Notes: generated from the letters alone by a model not told the origin. 64,000 nucleotides of DNA from Octopus vulgaris (GCA_951406725.2 OX597835.1:13640001-13704000); one strand, 5' to 3'. Positions 1 to 12,506 are shown, counted from the first letter of the stretch. Translations and numbers: made by a program.

Positions 1-319
1 GTGGCACGTAAAAAGCACCATCTGAATCGTGGCCGAAGCCAGTGCCGCCTCGACTGGCTTCCGTGTCGGTGGCACGTAAAATACACCAATCCGACCGTGG
101 CCGATGCCAGCCTCGCCTGGCACCAGTGCAGGTGGCATGTAAAAAGCACCCATTACACTCTCGGAGTGGTTGGCGTTAGGAAGGGCATCCAGCTGTAGAA
201 ACATTGCCAGATAAGACCGGAGCCTGGTGCAGCCTTCTGGCTTCCCAGATCCCCGGTCGAACCGTCCAACCCATGCTAGCATGGAGAACGGACGTTAAAT
301 GATGATTATGATGATGATG
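1..319 (+). mobile_element. 3' tail of RTE-type LINE or derived element with (GAT)n end
   Basis: Shares GTGGCACGTAAAAAGCACC units and the '...CCGTCCAACCCATGCTAGCATGG...GGACGTTAAA(TGA)n' end with the RTE fragment at 38986-40580. Confidence 0.75.
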
Positions 320-332
320 CACATTGCACATT

Positions 333-363
<31 letters not shown>

Positions 364-959
364 CAGCGGTTTTCATTTAACAGAGTGTGTTTCAAGGTGG
401 GATTTAAAAGTTATTTCTAACAGGTTGCCCAACCTGTTGTCTGCAGACCTGTACTATGTGGGGGCAGGTGGTGGTAGGGGTAAGGACTTGGTGGTCAGTG
501 AGCTGTGTACGAAATTCTAAAAGGCTCCAATGCTTTTCATGTAATTACTCAGTTACTCGTATAACTTTTAATTGAGAGATGAAACTGGGGGTAATTGTTT
601 GTTTCTGTTAATTGATAAAACTGGTTTATTGAATGAATAGACTTTTCAAAAGATTAGGGTCTGTGTGGTGGGGGAGGAGGAGGAGGTGTTGGGGGAAAAT
701 TCATTTGAATCTAAAAAGGGGGTTTTGGGTAGTGAAAATGTTGGCAGGGTCACTGATGTTGAAGGTCCTTTGTTGGCTTCAGTAAGTGCAGTTATTCAAG
801 ATGGTGTGGCTATTGCTGTTGGAACTGGTGGCAGCTGTTGGTGCTGCTGTCGCTGCTGTAGTGTGGCAGTTGCTGCTTGTTTGTTTGTTGAGCGAAGCAG
901 TCTTTGTCCCATTAGTGGGAGAAGTCTGAAATGTGGTCCTTTGCTATTCGTAAGACCCA

Positions 960-1250
960 CAGAAGAGAAAGCAGGTCAACCCCCGACACCGAGAGCATCG
1001 ACGGATGGATAAATGCGCATCCAGGCTCAGTGGTTGCGTAGGAAGTCGGGGACAAGAAACAGGAAGAAAGAGTGAGAGAAAGTTGGAGTGAAAGAGTACA
1101 ACTGGGGTTGCCACCACCCCCTGCTGGAACCTCATGGAACTTTTGGTGTTTTTGCTCAATAAACACACACAACGCCCAGTCTGGGAATTGAAACTGCAAT
1201 ACTCCGACTGCGAGTCCGCTGCCCTAACCATTAGGCCATTGCGCCTCCAC
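960..1250 (-). mobile_element. tRNA-like SINE, family B
   Basis: Head GAGGCGCAATGGCCTAATGGTTAGGGCAGCGGACTCG with A/B-box-like motifs. Homologous to 6715-6875 and 47120-47497. Confidence 0.75.
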
Positions 1251-2391
1251 TGCTGCTGCTGGTGACAGTGATGGTTGCTGCATACATCAATACCAGACCA
1301 ACTGATGCCTTCTGAGAGAATTTGATAGACAGAAATTGCCTGGAAGCCCATCACGTGTGTATGTGAGGGGTGGGTTGTGGTTCCCTCACCACCACTTGTC
1401 AACTGGTGCTGGTTTGTTTACATCCACCTTAACTTAACAGTTCAGCAAAAGAGATTGGTAGAATAAGTGTCGGACTTAACAACTTAAAATTCTGAGGTCA
1501 GTTTATTTGATTAAACCTTTCATGCCGCATGGCCACAGTCCAATGACTGAAAAAAGTAAAAGATAAAAGATACATGTACAGACAAATCACATGGTTCTGG
1601 GTTCAGTCCCACTGTATGGCACCTTGGGCAAGTGTCTTGTACTATAGCCTCAGGCTGAACAAAGCCTTGCAAGTGGATTTGGTGGATGGAAATTGAAAGA
1701 AGCCCATCATGTTGGTATGTTTACATCTCTGTAACTTAGCAGTTCAGCAAAAGAGATCAACAGAATAAGTACCAGGCTTAAAAAACACAATTCCTGGGAT
1801 TGATTTCTTTGACTAAAACCCTTCAAGGTGGTGCTCCAGCATGGCCACAGTCAAATACCTGAAACAATTAAAACAATAAAAGAAAGGCTTGAGCAACCCT
1901 TTTCATATTTATTGATTGAATTGACCCCAGTATATGACCAGTACTCATACCATTGACCCCTTTGAGTTGATTCTGCTAGTGATTTTGTCTAGAATTCTAA
2001 AATTGTCGGCACTCTCCATAATAGTTTCTGATTTCGGCACAAGGTCAGTGATTTTGTGTGGTGAGGATTGGCCAATGCCACTCTCTGTAAGAAATGTATC
2101 TTTGCATCACTCTCTGTAGAATGGCATTCCTTTTATCCTTAATCATTCAAACCGACCATAGCCAACCAAAATATTCTGCTTCTTTTATGTTCAAACTGGC
2201 TGGATCCGACATTTCACGCCTACCCTACAATGTGACAGTAAAAACGAACAATCATATTGTTAAAATCTCCAAAGCTCTGAGATAATGTATGATTATTTCA
2301 AAACAATGTGGATAAATAAGGATTAGATCTGATCGAGTAATCCAAGTAATTTAATGTTAATACTTAGCCAACTCGGTGTAGATTCTGTCCA

Positions 2392-2858
2392 TGAAGTCTG
2401 TTACTGTGCTGGAGGAATGAACCAGTTCTGTTGCATATCACTTACAGGGCGACCTGCTGTGCTCGAGGAAACCTATTGAGTCAAGTATATCAACATCGAA
2501 ATAAAAATCAAATGGAAATTGTAGTTGTGATACCCGTGCCAGTGGCATGTAAAAAGCGCCATCTGAAAATGGCCGATGCCAGTGCCGCCTTTACTGGTGT
2601 CTGTGCCGGTGACATGTAAAAGCACCAACCAATCGTGGCTATTTGCCAGCCTCCTCTGGCCCCTGTGCTGGTGGCACGTAAAAAAGCACCCACTACACTC
2701 ATGGAGTGGTTGGCGTTAGGAAGGGCATCCAGCTGTAGAAACACTGCCAGATCAGACTGGAGCCTGGTGCAGCCCCCTGGCTTCCCAGACCCCGGTTGAA
2801 CCGTCCAACCCATGCTAGCATGGAAAACGGACGTTAAACGATGATGATGATGATGATG
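2392..2858 (+). mobile_element. RTE-tail family copy ending in (GAT)n
   Basis: Homologous to 1-319, 10480-10681 and 12225-12506. Confidence 0.75.
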
Positions 2859-4042
2859 AAATCAGAAAAATTAACAAACTTCATTAATTTATTAGATACA
2901 TCAAGTTATGAAAATGTTCAGTTTTGCACTTAGCGACGAATGATTACAACTGCTTGTAATAATTACATGTTAAAACCCTCAACGAAGCCAGATAACAGGA
3001 TTATGAATATTGAAGATTAAATATCTGAGAGAATATTTAAGTGTTATCTAATGCTTAAAGTAGATTTATTGCTTGCTAAACGATTACTTTCAAATCCAAT
3101 GAAGACAGTTGCTTGACTCAAGGAACAAGACTTCATTAAATCATAATTGTCTTAAAGTGTTTTCTGGCACCACTCTGCAATTAATCCAGCTTGGTAAACC
3201 TAGTTTATTGTCTATTTATGGCCACTGTAAACTAATAAAATATTTTGCATCATCTGAACGAAGTATTTATCGGTTTATGTGTCTTCCAGTCGTTTCATCT
3301 ATAATTTGTGGCAATTTCAGAAATGTGGAAGTAATGGGTCTTTCACTGACGCAGGCTTCCCTACACCATATTTTGTCCAGTGGAATTAATTCTTTCGTTA
3401 ATGAGGGGTGGTGGTAGGGGTGAGGATTAGCTTTGGTTTCCATAGTGTTAATTAGATAAGTAGATAAGAACTACAAGTCTCTCTTGGCTTGGCTTGGACA
3501 CTGGCCTGTTTACGAGAAGAGCCTCTCTCAGATAGTGATACCCAGTGATGCATCTGTACATATGTGGCTAAGTATAGGGATTAAAAAGCTCATTTGGCAA
3601 CCATGTAGTTTCAGGTTCAATCCTACTGCACAGTACCTTGGGCAAGTATCTTCTACTATAGCCCCAGGCCAACCAATACCATGTGAAACAGAAACTGTAT
3701 GGAAGACAGAAACTGTGTGAAAGCCCGTCAAGTGTGTGTGTGTGTGTGTGTATATAAGTGTGGGGAGGGGGATGTTTGCAATGTCTCTTACCACTACGTC
3801 TCAGCTGGTGTTGGTTTGTTCACATCCCCTTGACTTAGCAGTTCAGTGAAAGAGATTGGTAGAATAAGTGTCAGACTTAACAACTGGACAAAATACTTAG
3901 AAACATTTATGTTCGGAGTTCAAATTCCAACAAGATCGTCTTTTTCTTTCATCCTTTCAGGGTATTAAAAAAAAAAAGTTACATTCTCCCGAAATTGCTG
4001 ATCCTGTGCCAAAATTTGAAACCAATATTTCAGGATATCAAC

Positions 4043-4298
4043 ATAGGCGCAGGAGTGGCTGTGTGGTAAGTAGCTTGCTTACCAACCACATGGTTCCGGG
4101 TTCAGTCCCACTGCGTGACATCTTGGGCAAGTGTCTTCTGCTACGTCCCCGTCACTTAGTAGTTCAGCAAAAGAGACCAATAGAATAAGTACTGGGCTTA
4201 CAAAGAGTAAGTCCCAGCGTCGATTTGCTCGACTAAAGGCGGTGCTCCAGCATGGCCGCAGTCAAATGACTGAAACAAGTAAAAGAGTAAAAGAGAGA
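4043..4298 (+). mobile_element. tRNA-like SINE, family A (internally deleted)
   Basis: Head GGCGCAGGAGTGGCTGTGTGGTAAG...GGTTCAGTCCC and tail GGCGGTGCTCCAGCATGGCCGCAGTCAAATGACTGAAACAAG(TAAAAGAG)n. Many copies in the window. Confidence 0.8.
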
Positions 4299-5213
4299 GT
4301 ATATGAACAGGTGCCTCTTGATACTGATTTCCATTGCTCCTGCGTAGCAATCCTGATTCTACCATTCACATCTTTTGTTCCACAAATATTGTCTCTAACT
4401 TACTCTTTTAATTCCTCAATCTATGACAATATCCTTCACGCAGCCGTTGAGAAATCTTATTTAGATAAGATTTCAACCTGATTAGTGATTCTTGTACCCA
4501 AATATTTAGAGAAGCATAGGGTGGAGTTAAATGTGATTAGAATCTTTTGAGCTTTTCTTCTGAAGTTATTTCAGAAAGTTTGATAAAAAAAAATTCCTTG
4601 GCTCCTTCCTGACTGCTTACTTAAACCGAGAGATAAATGTATAATTTAACGATAAAACTGCAGAAAATGGCAGTACATTAAACTGCGTAAAAATACTTGT
4701 TGGCTGATATCAGCGCTTGGTAATAGGAAACTAATTTTTGAAAAGAAATAAAATACGACCCAATTATTGGGAAATGATGCCAGTCAACTTGGGAGCCAAA
4801 CTGGTGATAAAAAAATCAGGACCTTAAATCAAATACCTTTTTTTTGTTTTTTTTTTGTTTATTTTTGAAATATAGGAATGTTTGCCCTATCAACACAGCT
4901 GATATGTAGCCATTTGATCTGCTAAAAATAGCAACCAATCTCCTGCAAATCGACAACCTGCTATCTTAAGAAAAAAAAAAGACGAAAGGATATATGAGAT
5001 AAAATGGAAGGATACATTTGATAAAAAAAGGATACATCTGATAATAAAGATTGTATACAAAGGAAGGATATAGATAAAAGGATATACAGAGGAAGGATAT
5101 AGATAAAAAGGAAGAACACAGATCAAAAGGAAGGAAGGATGTATAGGATAAAATGGAAGGATACATTATGAAAAGGAAGGACGTATTAGATGATGTAGTT
5201 GTAGATAATGTAG

Positions 5214-5244
<31 letters not shown>

Positions 5245-5251
<7 letters not shown>

Positions 5252-5336
5252 GAAAGAAGGTTTGAAAAAGCAATTTTAAAAGATAAGTAAATAAACATCT
5301 TTTAAAATTGCATTTTCAAACCTTCTTTCGTATATA
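5245..5336. repeat. Fold-back hairpin abutting (TA)n
   Basis: About 40-bp arms, CGAAAGAAGGTTTGAAAAAGCAATTTTAAAAGAT and its near reverse complement, with a 12-nt loop. Confidence 0.85.
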
Positions 5337-5372
5337 ATTCCACTCGTGTGGTACCCTACAACTCCACTTTGT

Positions 5373-5406
<34 letters not shown>

Positions 5407-6092
5407 TAAAAAAAAAGGCAGATAGGATAGTCACAACTGCAGTGTCTTCAATCATGGGTCTGCTTAATCAGGCCTGGCCTTGGGCTAAACACTAACAACA
5501 TCAAGATTATAATAAGCTAGTGCTCCAGTATGGCCCTTCCAGTGATGGAAAGCAAATAAAAGAATGTGTGTGTGTGTGAGTGTATTTGAAGTTGCTCTTT
5601 CATATAAATCACGTCATTGTTGACATAAGCTATAACCAAACCAACGAGTTATGCATTAAAAGGTGTGGGTCACAAACTGACTGTCAAATACATAACATAT
5701 TGGAAGACAAAATGGAGAGAAGGAAGCATGAAAAATATAAACAAACCCCAAAAAAAAAAAACAAAAGGGTGAAAAGTATGAAAAATCCTACAAACATGTC
5801 TACACAGAAATACTGTTTCTGTTTAGAAACATCTATAATAATGATGCCCTGAAGACATCACAGTAAATATCAAAGCCATCGAATACCCCATTGCAAATTT
5901 GAGGATTAATGACACCATCCTCATTAATCAGTTAAACCTGTCTATTAACAGCAGGTACAAACTGTAGGAAGTGGATTGCTTGTTGCTATCATACCGGTTT
6001 GTGCATGTCACACTGCACTGGCCTACCTGCCTGCCTGCTCACATCTTCTCACTTGTGTATGCTAGATACCACTTCACTGTCGTCCTCTGTCC

Positions 6093-6130
6093 TCTTTTGA
6101 TAAAGGGATTTTCACCCCGAAATATTGAGA
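6093..6130 (+). ncRNA. Minimal hammerhead-like motif (U3/A8 variant)
   Basis: TCTT-TTGATAA-A-GGG-ATTTTCAC-CCC-GAAA-TA-TT-GAGA. Confidence 0.4.
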
Positions 6131-6419
6131 CCGTTGTCAACGCCATCATGTTCCCTTTGCCCCTGTTAGCACAGGTTAACACAAAATTCATTGAGGCAGA
6201 TTTTCAACGGCCAGATGCCATTCTTGTTGCCATAAGAAAAAAAGACAATCACCTTAACAAAAGCAGATAGTAAAGCAGATATTTTAATTAAGCAAACAAA
6301 CTGAGTCAAAATAGTGGCACCTAATTTTTAGATGGTTGGATATGTTTGTTGTGGTGGGAAGAAGGAAGAGTGTAGAACCAAAATTACTAGAAATGTTATC
6401 ATTCTGGGTGTATGTGTAC

Positions 6420-6642
6420 TCTTTTACTCTTTTACTTGTTTCAGTCATTTGACTGCGGCCATGCTGGAGCACTGCCTTTAGTCGAGCAAATCGGCCCCGG
6501 GACTTATTCTTTGTAAGCCCAGTACTTATCCTATTGGTCTCTTTTGCCAAACCACTAAGTGACGGGGACGTAAACACACCAGCATCGGTTATCAAGCAAT
6601 GCTAGGGGGACAACCACAGACACACAAACACACACACATATA
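6420..6642 (-). mobile_element. Family A SINE, 3' half (5' half at 7771-7955)
   Basis: Colinear with the intact copies at 19707-20105 and 61371-61775, but interrupted in its internal (CA/TA)n tract. Confidence 0.85.
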
Positions 6643-6875
6643 TGTTTGTTTGTTTTTGTTTTGTTTTTCCAGTTTCAGCTCTTGAGCTGTGGCCATGCTG
6701 GGGCACCGCCATTGTGGTGAAAGAGTACAGCAGGGATCACCACCCCCTGCCGGAGCCTCGTAGAGCTTTTAGGTGTTTTCGCTCAATAAACACACACAAC
6801 GCCCGGTCTGAGAATCGAAACCGCGATCCTGCGACCGCGAGTCCGCTGCCCTAACCACTAGGCCATTGCGCCTCT
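6643..6875 (-). mobile_element. Family B SINE (head plus tail, internally deleted) inserted in a family A SINE
   Basis: tRNA-like head at 6875-6715, GGCGGTGCCCCAGCATGGCC tail and (AAAC)n end at 6712-6643. Confidence 0.8.
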
Positions 6876-8845
6876 ACTTTGAAAACTTTATATTTCGAAT
6901 GGGAATTTAGCAGCCCCACGTCTAGCCAAACAGTTATTCTGTGCTGATGAAGGGAAATAACCTGGAAATCGTGATTTCTGGGATATTTTCTTGAGCTGAG
7001 TGAGGGTGCTAGGCTCCCTTGTTCGAAAATATAAGGACACAGATCGTGTTGTATAGCCGTTAAAATAACTATTGTGGGTCCTCAATTCACTATTTTCTTG
7101 CATGGACCCCCTCACAAAATCTTATATGGACCTCAGGGGCCATATATACCCTGACTGAGAACCGCTGGGTTAAACAAGTTAAATAGTTAAATATGTTGTT
7201 GTGTGGAAACCTAGATTAACTATTTGCCAACAAAAACTAAAACTGGTTTCTACTAATATGTCCCGGTATCTTATTTGCTTCTTTTACTTATTTGCTTTTT
7301 TTTGGTTGTTGAATCAATGACAATGTAAACAATGTAAACAGATCAATAGAGAACTGGATATAATCAATACTCTACTTCATGGATTTAGAAAAAAAAACAA
7401 CAAAAAAACACCTAATTTTCTCGACCTCTGAATAGTACTTCAATCTGTCTTGTGTACTCACTGGAGTAGCATTATTAACGCTGTCAATCACAAAATAGAA
7501 TCTTAATTGTTGATGGATTACAACACTTGCCCCTTGGTCTGCCTGCCAATAGATTATCAAACTTGCGGCTGTTGAGAGACACTTGAAAGTTTCAAGTGTC
7601 GTAAACAAAGCAGTCCAGACTGAAACACCATCCTAAACTTTCATTGTTAATAAACATAAGTAAATATCCCGGTTTGCAGGGAGTAAAAAGGAAACAGTGA
7701 GTCGGTGGAAGATAAACAACAGAATTTTTTTAAAATGTAAAAAAAAATAAATAAATACACAGTCGCAGGTATATATACATATATATACATATATACGACA
7801 GGCTTCTTTCAGTTTCTGTCTACCAAATCCACTCACAAGGCATTGGTCGGCCCGGGGCTATAGCAGAAGACACTTGCCCAAGATGCCACGCAGTGGGACT
7901 GAACCCGGAACCATGTGGTTGGTTAGCAAGCTACTTACCACACAGCCACACCTGCGACTGTGTATTTATTTATTTTTTTTTTACATTTTAAAAAAATTCT
8001 GTTGTTTATCTTCCACCGACTCACTGTTTCCTTTTTACTCCCTGCAAACCGGGATATTTACTTATGTTTATTAACAATGAAAGTTTAGGATGGTGTTTCA
8101 GTCTGGACTGCTTTGTTTACGACACTTGAAACTTTCAAGTGTCTCTCAACAGCCGCAAGTTTGATAATCTATTGGCAGGCAGACCAAGGGGCAAGTGTTG
8201 TAATCCATCAACAATTAAGATTCTATTTTGTGATTGACAGCGTTAATAATGCTACTCCAGTGAGTACACAAGACAGATTGAAGTACTATTCAGAGGTCGA
8301 GAAAATTAGGTGTTTTTTTGTTGTTTTTTTTTTCTAAATCCATGAAGTAGAGTATTGATTATATCCAGTTCTCTATTGATCTGTTTACATTGTTTACATT
8401 GTCATTGATTCAACAACCAAAAAAAGCAAATAAGTAAAAGAAGCAAATAAGATACCGGGACATATTAGTAGAAACCAGTTTTAGTTTTTGTTGGCAAATA
8501 GTTAATCTAGGTTTCCACACAACAACATATTTAACTATTTAACTTGTTTAACCCAGCGGTTCTCAGTCAGGGTATATATGGCCCCTGAGGTCCATATAAG
8601 ATTTTGTGAGGGGGTCCATGCAAGAAAATAGTGAATTGAGGACCCACAATAGTTATTTTAACGGCTATACAACACGATCTGTGTCCTTATATTTTCGAAC
8701 AAGGGAGCCTAGCACCCTCACTCAGCTCAAGAAAATATCCCAGAAATCACGATTTCCAGGTTATTTCCCTTCATCAGCACAGAATAACTGTTTGGCTAGA
8801 CGTGGGGCTGCTAAATTCCCATTCGAAATATAAAGTTTTCAAAGT
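6876..8845. repeat. Long inverted duplication: arms 6876-7770 and 7950-8845, 179-bp spacer
   Basis: The arms are reverse complements; the only difference seen is a 1-nt homopolymer length. Mirror ORFs 6888-7115/8606-8833 and 7372-7608/8113-8337 confirm it. Confidence 0.97.
7771..7955 (-). mobile_element. Family A SINE, 5' half (spacer of the long inverted repeat)
   Basis: Matches the head region of 19935-20105. Confidence 0.85.
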
Positions 8846-8864
8846 GACAACTAGTCACTGACCT

Positions 8865-9125
8865 ATAAATTAGAAAATTACTATTCGTAAATCTCACAAC
8901 GAGAGATATTCAGCAACAGTATTTGAGTGGGGGTGCTAGATTCCCTTGTTTGAAAATATAAGGACACAGGTCGTGTCGTAGAGCCAGCTGGAGACGATGT
9001 CTCCTGAGGCTAAATTACAGCAACATTCGTCCTAAACCAGGACTGCCATGTTATGGCAAACAATCTTTACTCCAAAGTACTGTTGCTGAATATCTCTCGT
9101 GAGATTTAAGAATAGTAATTTTATA
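8865..9125. mobile_element. MITE-like element with about 55-bp imperfect terminal inverted repeats
   Basis: AAATTACTATTC..AAATCTCAC..GAGAGATATTCAGCAACAGTA mirrored by TACTGTTGCTGAATATCTCTCGTGAGATTT..GAATAGTAATTT. Confidence 0.6.
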
Positions 9126-9207
9126 ACTTCCATTTCATCATTAAGTTTTTTGTTTTTTTTTAATTATCTATTTAATTATTCATTTATTTTATTTATTTAT
9201 TTTCCAG

Positions 9208-9283
9208 AGACTGCAAAGATTGTAGGATACTTACATTAGGAAATTACGATAAAACCCAAAACTATGGACTGAATGCCGGCAAG
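9208..9283 (+). CDS. MGAT2: MGAT2 (GnT-II) internal coding exon, xDCKDCRILTLGNYDKTQNYGLNAGK
   Basis: Acceptor ttttccag, donor AAG|gtaagt, phase 2 to 0. Matches the 'CPECDVLSLGTY' region of vertebrate MGAT2 and joins in frame to the next exon. Upstream exons were not found in the window. Confidence 0.88.
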
Positions 9284-9954
9284 GTAAGTTTAAACTTTGA
9301 TGACCCTTCTCTTTCTCTCTCTATCTCTCCATTACTTTTGCAAGTCTTAGTAGTGTAGGATGATGAGTGTGATTTCAGGTTCAGGAAAAGGGGCAGGAGC
9401 TTTTCAGAAGGGGTCAACTGTGGAGGCAAATGATTTGGTAAAGTGTTCAGTGCAGGAACTTGATACAGGGGACAGACAGTGAGACACAACGCAATAAGGA
9501 TCAGAGTGAGGTGAGGTTGTAGAGTGATCCTTTGTCAAAGGAATATGGAGCTTGGTAGTTCAAAGGAGCAGGGGCCATCATAGTAGTAGTAGTAGTAGTA
9601 GTAGTAGTACAAGAGAAAGAGTGCAGAAGCAGCTGCTTTGTGTGATGGTGATGGAAGAGGAGACTTCACACCTGTGAAGAAACGTGCATTTGTGAGAGAA
9701 TATTTGCTAAACAAAGCATGACCTAGAATAGAGAGAAGCTAAAATGGAAAGTGAAAAAGCTTCGACAAACGTCAATAGAATATTTCCATTGTTATATACA
9801 TCGCGACTGCATGTCCCCTAAACAATTATTTCAAAGACTTATTATTTGGTTTGCAAAATATTCAATACTTTGAGACAACAAAACTAGCAAATAACAGTCA
9901 AAGTCTGTACTTCACTAAATAATATAAAAGCAAACAAAAAGTACAAACATGAAT

Positions 9955-10262
9955 ATAATATATAATAATGAAATTATTGTATACAGTGCTCAGGTGCACC
10001 ACAACTTGTCAGAAAGTGCATATAAAGTACATGCAGTAATGTATAAATGTCTGGAAAGCGAACAATGTATGAGTCAGATACATGCTTGTGTGTGTGTGGA
10101 GGGGAGAAAATCAGGTGTAGTGTTGGCGAATCTCAGAAAGCATGGAAGTTTTGAAGGATGCAGTGCTCCGACAACTAACAACCGATGCCGGCAGTTTGTT
10201 CCACGCTTCAGCAACTCTCAGCGTGAAAAAATGTTTCCTGAAGTCATGGGAGCTGTGCTGTG
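9955..10262 (-). mobile_element. CR1-clade LINE 3' fragment
   Basis: Reverse complement of 45085-45390. Encodes HSSHDFRKHFFTLRVAEAWNKLP and ends in an (ATT)n tail. Confidence 0.8.
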
Positions 10263-10479
10263 TAATAGATCAAAAATAATTTGTTTTTCTCCCTTTTAAA
10301 ACTCCATTCTTTGTTCTTTGTTCTTTAATGTCTCACATGTCACATATCTTCTGAAATCTCTAGAGTCGACAACATGCATCATAAGCAACCGCTTGGTCAG
10401 ATTTTGAGGGGATTTTTCCTGTTTTAGTAGATTATAACAAAAACTCTAGACATTCTTTCGCCATAGCCACAAGAATGAT

Positions 10480-10681
10480 CTGTGTCGGTGGCACGTAAAA
10501 AAGCACCCACTACACTCACGGAGTGGTTGGCGTCAGGAAGGGCATCCAGCTGTAGAAACACTGCCAGATCAGACAGGAGCCTGGTGCAGCCTCCTGGCTT
10601 CCCAGACCCCAGTTGAACCGTCCAACCCATGCTAGCATGGAAAGCGGACGTTAAACGATGATGATGATGATGATGATGATG
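10480..10681 (+). mobile_element. RTE-tail family copy
   Basis: Homologous to 2660-2858, with a (GAT)n end. Confidence 0.75.
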
Positions 10682-11696
10682 AGACCAGTTGCTCCTGCAT
10701 GGTGTTCATTTCACTGTTTTTATAATCAATATTGCAGCTATTGATCTCCTCCACAAAAATCAGAATGATGACAGCCCGTCTGAGAAATGAGCCCTGCAAA
10801 GTGAGGTGGCCGTTAACAACAGCAAGTGCTGATGACCTTTCTTTGAGGCAATGCCTTTGCTGTTATGTCCTCAGGGCGTGGCTAAACACATCATTCGGGC
10901 TGGGGCATATGGCCTGTTAATCCGTCCCACTCCACCCTTTCATCACTTAATTCCATTTTTCTTTCCTTGTGTAGACTGGAGCGATGTGAAACTGTTTCGC
11001 TCATGAACCCAATGCATCGCGCGGTCTTAGAATCGAAACCACAATCTTATTTCTCCTTTTTTGCTTCCTTCTGGAAGTAATTTTGGGGATGCTGTGTGAT
11101 TTCACTTAGACTTTTCTGAAGTAAAAGATGGCCTTAATTTTACAATAATTTAACCTTTTACACTCTTATTTTTATTTTTCTCTTCTAATCATTTTATCTT
11201 TTTGAGCTCAAATAAAGACTTCTGTTATATTGCAGCTTCTTATTAAGAATTTTATTAAACATGTTTCCAATTCTTATGCAAACCCAGCTCAAGCTGCATT
11301 TTAGTCTAGTTGTGGACAAGGTACCCAGCATGCTCTGTAAGGTGTCTAGTGATAGGAAGGACATCCAGCCATAGAAAGTATGTCCAAAATAAACATGTGG
11401 CCCCCAACCTATTTATGAGGGCAGCAACTTAGAATGAGAACTGGACTGGTCTGTGATCATGACCTGTGTAAAGCAGGCATGAAAAGTATATATTATGCAT
11501 TGGTGATGAGAATTGTGTAATATATGTGTATGAACTAATCCATGTCTAGATATATGTATATATATAAGTTCAGCAAAATTTAGATTCAGATGAATATGGT
11601 ACTTAAGTTAAAGGCACCAGAATTTTGTATGGTATTATCCATATAAATCAAATGGGATGATTAATCAAAATAAGCAACAAGGATATCCAAGGTAGT

Positions 11697-11782
11697 GTCG
11701 TACAATTGTTTCATGCTACTTCATTTTATTAAACACTGTAAGTATTACATCAATTTTAAAATGTCGAGCAATCTTCAGCCAC
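11697..11782 (-). ncRNA. Hammerhead-like motif with long loop II
   Basis: GTGG-CTGAAGA-TTGCT...AGCAT-GAAA-CAATTG-TA-CGAC. Stem III is the palindrome ACAATTGT and the site is GUA. Confidence 0.45.
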
Positions 11783-12224
11783 ATATAGAATTTTTTAATT
11801 AAACGGACAATGCACATTCTTATACTTATATATATATATATATATATGATGGCTGTTAACCAGTTATGACCATCACTGACAAGAGTGTCAGCAATACCCT
11901 TATCAGGTGTGCTTTGCACAACACTACAACAACAACTCATTAGCAATAGCAAGAAACCTAGAGACAAGCAAAGTACAAGATATTTGACTCGGTAGTGCAG
12001 CGGGTTTTATATGCAAGTTAGCTTTCTCCTAGATGGGTACCTTGACCCAGGCCAGAGGTCCCTCACTCCTAGTGGACTTACTGTGCCCACAGCAAATGAA
12101 ACACAAGTAATGGAGAATAAATAACAACATTTTTCCCACTTTCCTGTTCTGTTATGTAATAACCCTGTAAATAATATTTTCATTATTCTCAATTTTAAAA
12201 TGTATTTTGAATAACAATGACAAA

Positions 12225-12506
12225 TGAGCGAGACCTTTGGCAATATGCTGTGCTTGAGAAGACTCATTAAGCCAAGTGAAATCGTAGTTGTGGCAGATAC
12301 TGGTGTCACACAGCTGGCACGGTGGCACGTAAAAGTATCCATTACACTCTGTAAAGTGGTTGGTGTGAGGAAAGGCATCCAGCCACAGAAACCATGCCAA
12401 ATCAGACTGGAGTCTGGTACAGCCCCTCAGTTTACCAACCCTGGTCAAACCATCCAACCCATGCCAGCATGGACAACAGATATTGGATGATGATGATGAT
12501 GATGAT
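12225..12506 (+). mobile_element. Diverged RTE-tail family copy
   Basis: Same 3' end and (GAT)n tail as other copies. Confidence 0.7.

Noticed and set aside
665-1012. 115-aa ORF and overlapping ORFs
   Set aside because: Low-complexity sequence running into a SINE, with no splice or homology support.
6888-8833. Pairs of identical ORFs on opposite strands
   Set aside because: They are a by-product of the inverted duplication of non-coding sequence, with no recognisable protein.
1-9200. Upstream MGAT2 exons (expected LEEDH motif)
   Set aside because: Not found by eye. They probably lie before the window.
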